64,000 nucleotides of DNA from Candidatus Latescibacterota bacterium (GTDB lineage: Bacteria > Latescibacterota > UBA2968 > UBA8231). The translations under genes were made by a program, and so were the position numbers. The stretch lies in the NCBI GenBank assembly GCA_965197905.1, contig CBDAOB010000004.1:1216001-1280000 (forward strand). The letters run 5' to 3'. This document shows positions 60,049 through 64,000 of the stretch, in pieces. The notes beneath the pieces were generated by a model that was not told where the DNA came from, searched no databases, and saw only the letters and a program-made list of their open reading frames with translations. Positions within the stretch are counted from its first letter, which is position 1, and every line of letters begins with the position of its first letter.

Positions 60049-61967
60049 TTCCGGCGGCTGAACGGCGAATCTTTGGCGTCGGTGCAGCGCTGTTGTGTCT
60101 GTTCCTGCTGGCCGAAGTGAACTACCCCCAACTCCCACCCCAGAGCCAGTTGTCCCTTTTTGCACTGCTCGGTCTGGTTCTGGTTTTCCTGAAATTTCCT
60201 TCCTCGCAGGCCACTCGCACGCGCCGTTGGCGTGTTGTCGACGCGCTCCTGTGTGCACTCACGATACTTTGCTTCGGCTACGTGTTCACCCAGGTGGAGC
60301 CGACGTTGAGCATGGTGTGGTTAGACGGGGTTGCCCTTGGACATCGGGCCGGGGCGGAAAACCCCCTCGATTTCTGGGTCGGTTTAGCGGGTCTGGTTTT
60401 GATTCTGGAAGCGGCGCGACGAGCTGTGGGTCCGGCGCTACCGGCCCTGGCTTTGCTTTTTGTGTTGTATGCGGCGACCGGCCCGCTGATGCCCGACTGG
60501 CTCTTTCCCCACCGCGGGTATTCCTGGCAACGGATCGTCAGCCAGACCTTCCTGCACAGCCAGGGTGTGTTCGGCGTGCCCCTGCGGGTGATGTTCACCT
60601 ACGTATTTCTGTTCGTGCTGTTCGGTGCGTTGCTGGAGCGAACCGGCGCCATCGGTTTCATCCTCGGCTTTGCGCGGCGATGGCTGGGACAGAGTGCTGG
60701 GGGGCCGGCCAAGGTAGCGGTGGTAGGCAGCGGTCTCATGGGATCCCTCTCCGGCAGTGCCGTGGCCAACACGGCGACCACGGGGACCTTTACCATCCCG
60801 CTGATGCGCGCCGTCGGCTTTCGGCGCGAGATCGCCGCTGGTGTCGAAGCTGCGGCCAGCTCCGGCGGCGCGTTGGTTCCACCCATCATGGGAGCTGGGG
60901 CCTACATGATGCTGGAGTTGGTGGACCCGCCCGTGACCTACCTTCAGATCGTGCGAGCCGCGTTGCTGCCCGCCGTGCTGTATTACCTGTCCTTGCTGCT
61001 TGTGGTACACCTGCAGGCACGTCGTCAGGGATCCGCGGGTGAATCGCAAACCCATAAAACCTCCGGCGTTTGGCCCGGCATCGTTTTTGGTGGAGCCTTC
61101 GCTACGTTGCTGATTTTCCTGTTGTTGGGCTACACGCCATTCCGCGCCGTGAGTTTGGGCTTGTTAACTACAGTGATCCTCGCCGGCTGCGGCAGCGATA
61201 CTCGAGTGGGCCCCCGGGGGCTTCTGCAAGCAGCGGAGCGAGCGGCTCACAGCGGCGTAGCGTTGGTCGCGGCAGCCGCGTGCGTGGGAACCATCATCGG
61301 CGTCGTCACCCTGACCGGCATCGGGTCGAAACTGCCCGGGCTGTTGTTGCCGCTAGCCCAGGACAACCTTCCCGCGGCGTTGGTGCTGTTGATGGTATCG
61401 ACCATCATCCTGGGCCTCGGGCTGCCTTCGGCTGTCTGTTATCTGCTGATGGCCACGTTCGTGGGGCCGCTGCTGGCAGACCTAGGACCGACACCGCTGG
61501 CCGGACACCTTTTCATCTTCTACTTCGGGATGATGTCCATGGTGACGCCGCCGGTAGCGCTGGCGGCCTACACGGCCGCAGCCATTGCCGGCAGCCAGAT
61601 TTTGAAGACCGGGCTGGCTGCGTTTCGTTTTGCGTCGATCGGTTTTGCCTTGCCGTACGCTTTTGTGTTGCGCCCCGAACTGCTGATGCTGGCGCCAACC
61701 GGGGGCACGGCTTCCCTTGGAGCCGTTCTGATCAACTTTGGGACCACGGCGATCGGCGTCGGAGCGTTAGCAGCCGCCGTTGCGGGTTATCTGCGCACCC
61801 CGCTGGGGGCCGCTCCCCGTCTGTTGTTGGTGGCGGTGTCTGCCGTCTTCCTGTTCGTGGGACCGAACCTGAACAATCTTGCCATGTTTCTGGGGGCCGC
61901 GATGGCGGGAGTGGCCGCCCTGCTCCTCAACCGTCGAGTTCAAATCGCACAGTCGCCGCCGCCCTAG
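60045..61967 (+). CDS. TRAP transporter fused 4TM/12TM permease
   Basis: GGPAKVAV, GSAVAN...TGTFTIPLM, PPIMGAGA, TPPVALAA. Confidence 0.92.
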   Translation: MIPAAERRIFGVGAALLCLFLLAEVNYPQLPPQSQLSLFALLGLVLVFLKFPSSQATRTRRWRVVDALLCALTILCFGYVFTQVEPTLSMVWLDGVALGHRAGAENPLDFWVGLAGLVLILEAARRAVGPALPALALLFVLYAATGPLMPDWLFPHRGYSWQRIVSQTFLHSQGVFGVPLRVMFTYVFLFVLFGALLERTGAIGFILGFARRWLGQSAGGPAKVAVVGSGLMGSLSGSAVANTATTGTFTIPLMRAVGFRREIAAGVEAAASSGGALVPPIMGAGAYMMLELVDPPVTYLQIVRAALLPAVLYYLSLLLVVHLQARRQGSAGESQTHKTSGVWPGIVFGGAFATLLIFLLLGYTPFRAVSLGLLTTVILAGCGSDTRVGPRGLLQAAERAAHSGVALVAAAACVGTIIGVVTLTGIGSKLPGLLLPLAQDNLPAALVLLMVSTIILGLGLPSAVCYLLMATFVGPLLADLGPTPLAGHLFIFYFGMMSMVTPPVALAAYTAAAIAGSQILKTGLAAFRFASIGFALPYAFVLRPELLMLAPTGGTASLGAVLINFGTTAIGVGALAAAVAGYLRTPLGAAPRLLLVAVSAVFLFVGPNLNNLAMFLGAAMAGVAALLLNRRVQIAQSPPP

Positions 61968-63340
61968 CCGGCGTCTTGCGATTCTTCCCCCGACTGATTC
62001 CCACTTTCGGGGGGTGTCTCCGCAGGGTGCTCTCGGCGTGCCGGCTGCCCCCCCTCGAGTCGCCCGATGAGCTGTTCAGCGGCGGCCAAGCCCCGACTCT
62101 TGCTGCCGATCTCTAGGTAGATCTGTTTGGCTTGGGCCAGTGATTCCAATGCTTCAGCGGTTCGTTTCTCCCGCGCGAGGAGGCTGCCGATGTTGGTGAG
62201 CACGTGCGCACGCCCCAGCAGATTTCCCACCCGGTCGTGTTGCTCTAGCGCCTGGTCGTAGGCGCGCAGAGCTTCTTCTCGCTGGCCTTCCTTGAAGTAG
62301 ATGTTCCCCATGTTGCTCAGCGCAGTGGCCACCCCGATCAGATCACCCAACTCTTGGTGCAGGTTGTGCGCCGCCTGGTATTCGGTGAGGGATTGTTCAA
62401 GTCGCTCCTGGCGAAAGTAGACATTCCCCAGGTTAGTGCGCGCGCTTGCCCGGCCTAACTGATTGTCCGCCTCATCGTGAATCTCCAGCGCCGTGAGATG
62501 CAGCTTCATCGCTTCGTCCAGTTCACCCTGGGAAACGCGCAGGTTGGCAATACCACCGATGGCGTTGGCGCGGCCCAGTCGGCTCCCCAATTTCTGAAAC
62601 ATGGTCAACGCGGACGCATAGGTCCGGTCCGCCAGTTGGACGTTTCCCTGCTGCGCCGCTACGTTGCCCATGTTGAGCAACATGTCGGCGGCACCCCGCT
62701 CATCACCGAGACTGCGGAAACCGTTAAGCGCCGCTTCGTAATGGCTCGCCGCGCGCTCCAGGTCTCCTTTGCGCAGTTCGACGACGCCCAGATTGGCTGC
62801 GAAGGCCGCGAGAAACTCGCGGCTCTCCGCCTTTCGCGCCCGTTGGAGGCCCCCGTTGAGGACATCCTCGGCGCCCTTGATGTCGGACAGGACCAACCGC
62901 GCCAATCCCAGATTCAGATGAGCGGCCAGCGTGGGAGCGGCATCCACCGACTGCTCGAAATGATGCGCCGCGGCGGTGAACCGACTCGCACGCAGATGCC
63001 GCTCGCCCAGCTTGAATGCCCGCTCGGCGGCCCCGTTGGCTACCTCCGGGTCAACCCTTCGCAGGCTCCCCGCGGTAGCCTTTTGAATGAGATTCCCGCC
63101 GGATCCCTGCGCCGTAAGGATCGAAAAAACGGTCAGGGGTCGACGCCAGTACCAAGCGAGATAGAAGAATCCCCACGAAAACACGGCGGCAAACAGCAAC
63201 GGAAGGATTGTGTGCTTAAGGAATGCGAGGATTTCGACGACGGAGAGAGCAACACAGAGAACTAGAAGAACGGTAGCGAATATGGCGAGGTTGCGCGCCA
63301 GCCCGTAGAAATCGACGGCAATGCGTTCTCGAATCGACAT
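61964..63340 (-). CDS. Membrane-anchored tetratricopeptide repeat protein
   Basis: Two N-terminal TM helices, then ~40-aa TPR repeats (NLGNVY, NMGNIY). Confidence 0.82.
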   Translation of the reverse strand: MSIRERIAVDFYGLARNLAIFATVLLVLCVALSVVEILAFLKHTILPLLFAAVFSWGFFYLAWYWRRPLTVFSILTAQGSGGNLIQKATAGSLRRVDPEVANGAAERAFKLGERHLRASRFTAAAHHFEQSVDAAPTLAAHLNLGLARLVLSDIKGAEDVLNGGLQRARKAESREFLAAFAANLGVVELRKGDLERAASHYEAALNGFRSLGDERGAADMLLNMGNVAAQQGNVQLADRTYASALTMFQKLGSRLGRANAIGGIANLRVSQGELDEAMKLHLTALEIHDEADNQLGRASARTNLGNVYFRQERLEQSLTEYQAAHNLHQELGDLIGVATALSNMGNIYFKEGQREEALRAYDQALEQHDRVGNLLGRAHVLTNIGSLLAREKRTAEALESLAQAKQIYLEIGSKSRGLAAAEQLIGRLEGGQPARREHPAETPPESGNQSGEESQDAG

Positions 63341-63403
63341 TGACGGCCCAAGCCTAGCAGCGGGTGTTAGACCATCGCCAGTGCAGGGGGTCGAGCATGA
63401 CGA

Positions 63404-64000
63404 CTATTCCAAACCCAGCAGTTTGCGGGCAAGACCCCAGCCGCTGAGCGCCGCGAATACTAGGAGAACTGCTGACGACAGCACCGAGCCGATCAGCACC
63501 GGCGCGCGAGTCCGGTAGGAGCTCGGCAGCTTGAAGTTGAGGTAGAGGGCAACGAGCATAATCAGGGCAATGGCAAAATTTGCGAACAAAAAACCGGCGA
63601 TTTGGATGAGGGTGTTGAACGGAATGTTGAGCCAGACGAGGACCATGGTGATGCCAAAGATGTAGAGGCACACGGTTTTCTTTATCCCACCGTATGACCA
63701 GGTGCGCCGCGGCCAGATAGACTGGAAGAATTCCTGCGTGACCCTCGCGTAGATTTCCGGCAGCGCCTGCAACGAGCCCCACAAAGCGGCAATCACGCAG
63801 ACGTAATAGATCCAGACTAAGGTGGGATGGATGGTGCGCCAGACGTGCGCCTGATTGGTCAACAAGCTCCAGCCTTCGAAACGACTCTCCAGGGGCATCA
63901 GCACCGCCGCACCCGAAAGCATGAAAGCGGCCGTCACTATAAAGAGTACCACCGCACCCATCGTCACGTCCCATCGCAGCGGGGCACACAGTTGCCGCAG
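63404..64000 (-). CDS. Nramp-like membrane transporter (5' partial)
   Basis: Open hydrophobic frame from the window end; TAAFMLSGAAVL, ALWGS, LYLNFKLP. Confidence 0.65.
   Translation of the reverse strand: MRQLCAPLRWDVTMGAVVLFIVTAAFMLSGAAVLMPLESRFEGWSLLTNQAHVWRTIHPTLVWIYYVCVIAALWGSLQALPEIYARVTQEFFQSIWPRRTWSYGGIKKTVCLYIFGITMVLVWLNIPFNTLIQIAGFLFANFAIALIMLVALYLNFKLPSSYRTRAPVLIGSVLSSAVLLVFAALSGWGLARKLLGLE

Overview
GC-rich bacterial chromosomal window. A FlgD/T9SS-like C-terminal sorting domain and expanded PQQ-like, TolB-like and aldo/keto reductase paralogues suggest an FCB-group organism such as Ca. Latescibacterota (inference). It holds about 50 mostly metabolic genes, including a SahR-ahcY/homocysteine methyltransferase locus with a visible operator, a three-piece pnt transhydrogenase, trkAH, a LonC-type protease, a TAXI-TRAP transporter and many secreted beta-propeller proteins. 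Highlights not shown by the ORF track: (1) a ~290-nt structured, apparently double-pseudoknotted RNA with its own sigma70 promoter and a competing terminator, lying between a sigma factor gene and the pnt operon; (2) two genes split by in-frame TGA codons with SECIS-like hairpins, namely a UxxC peroxiredoxin-like protein and an FG-GAP/ASPIC-UnbV/TlpA fusion; (3) a heavily eroded group II intron inside a frameshifted iron alcohol dehydrogenase pseudogene; (4) several small gene remnants; (5) a candidate sigma54/IHF/enhancer promoter. No rRNA, tRNA or CRISPR array was seen.
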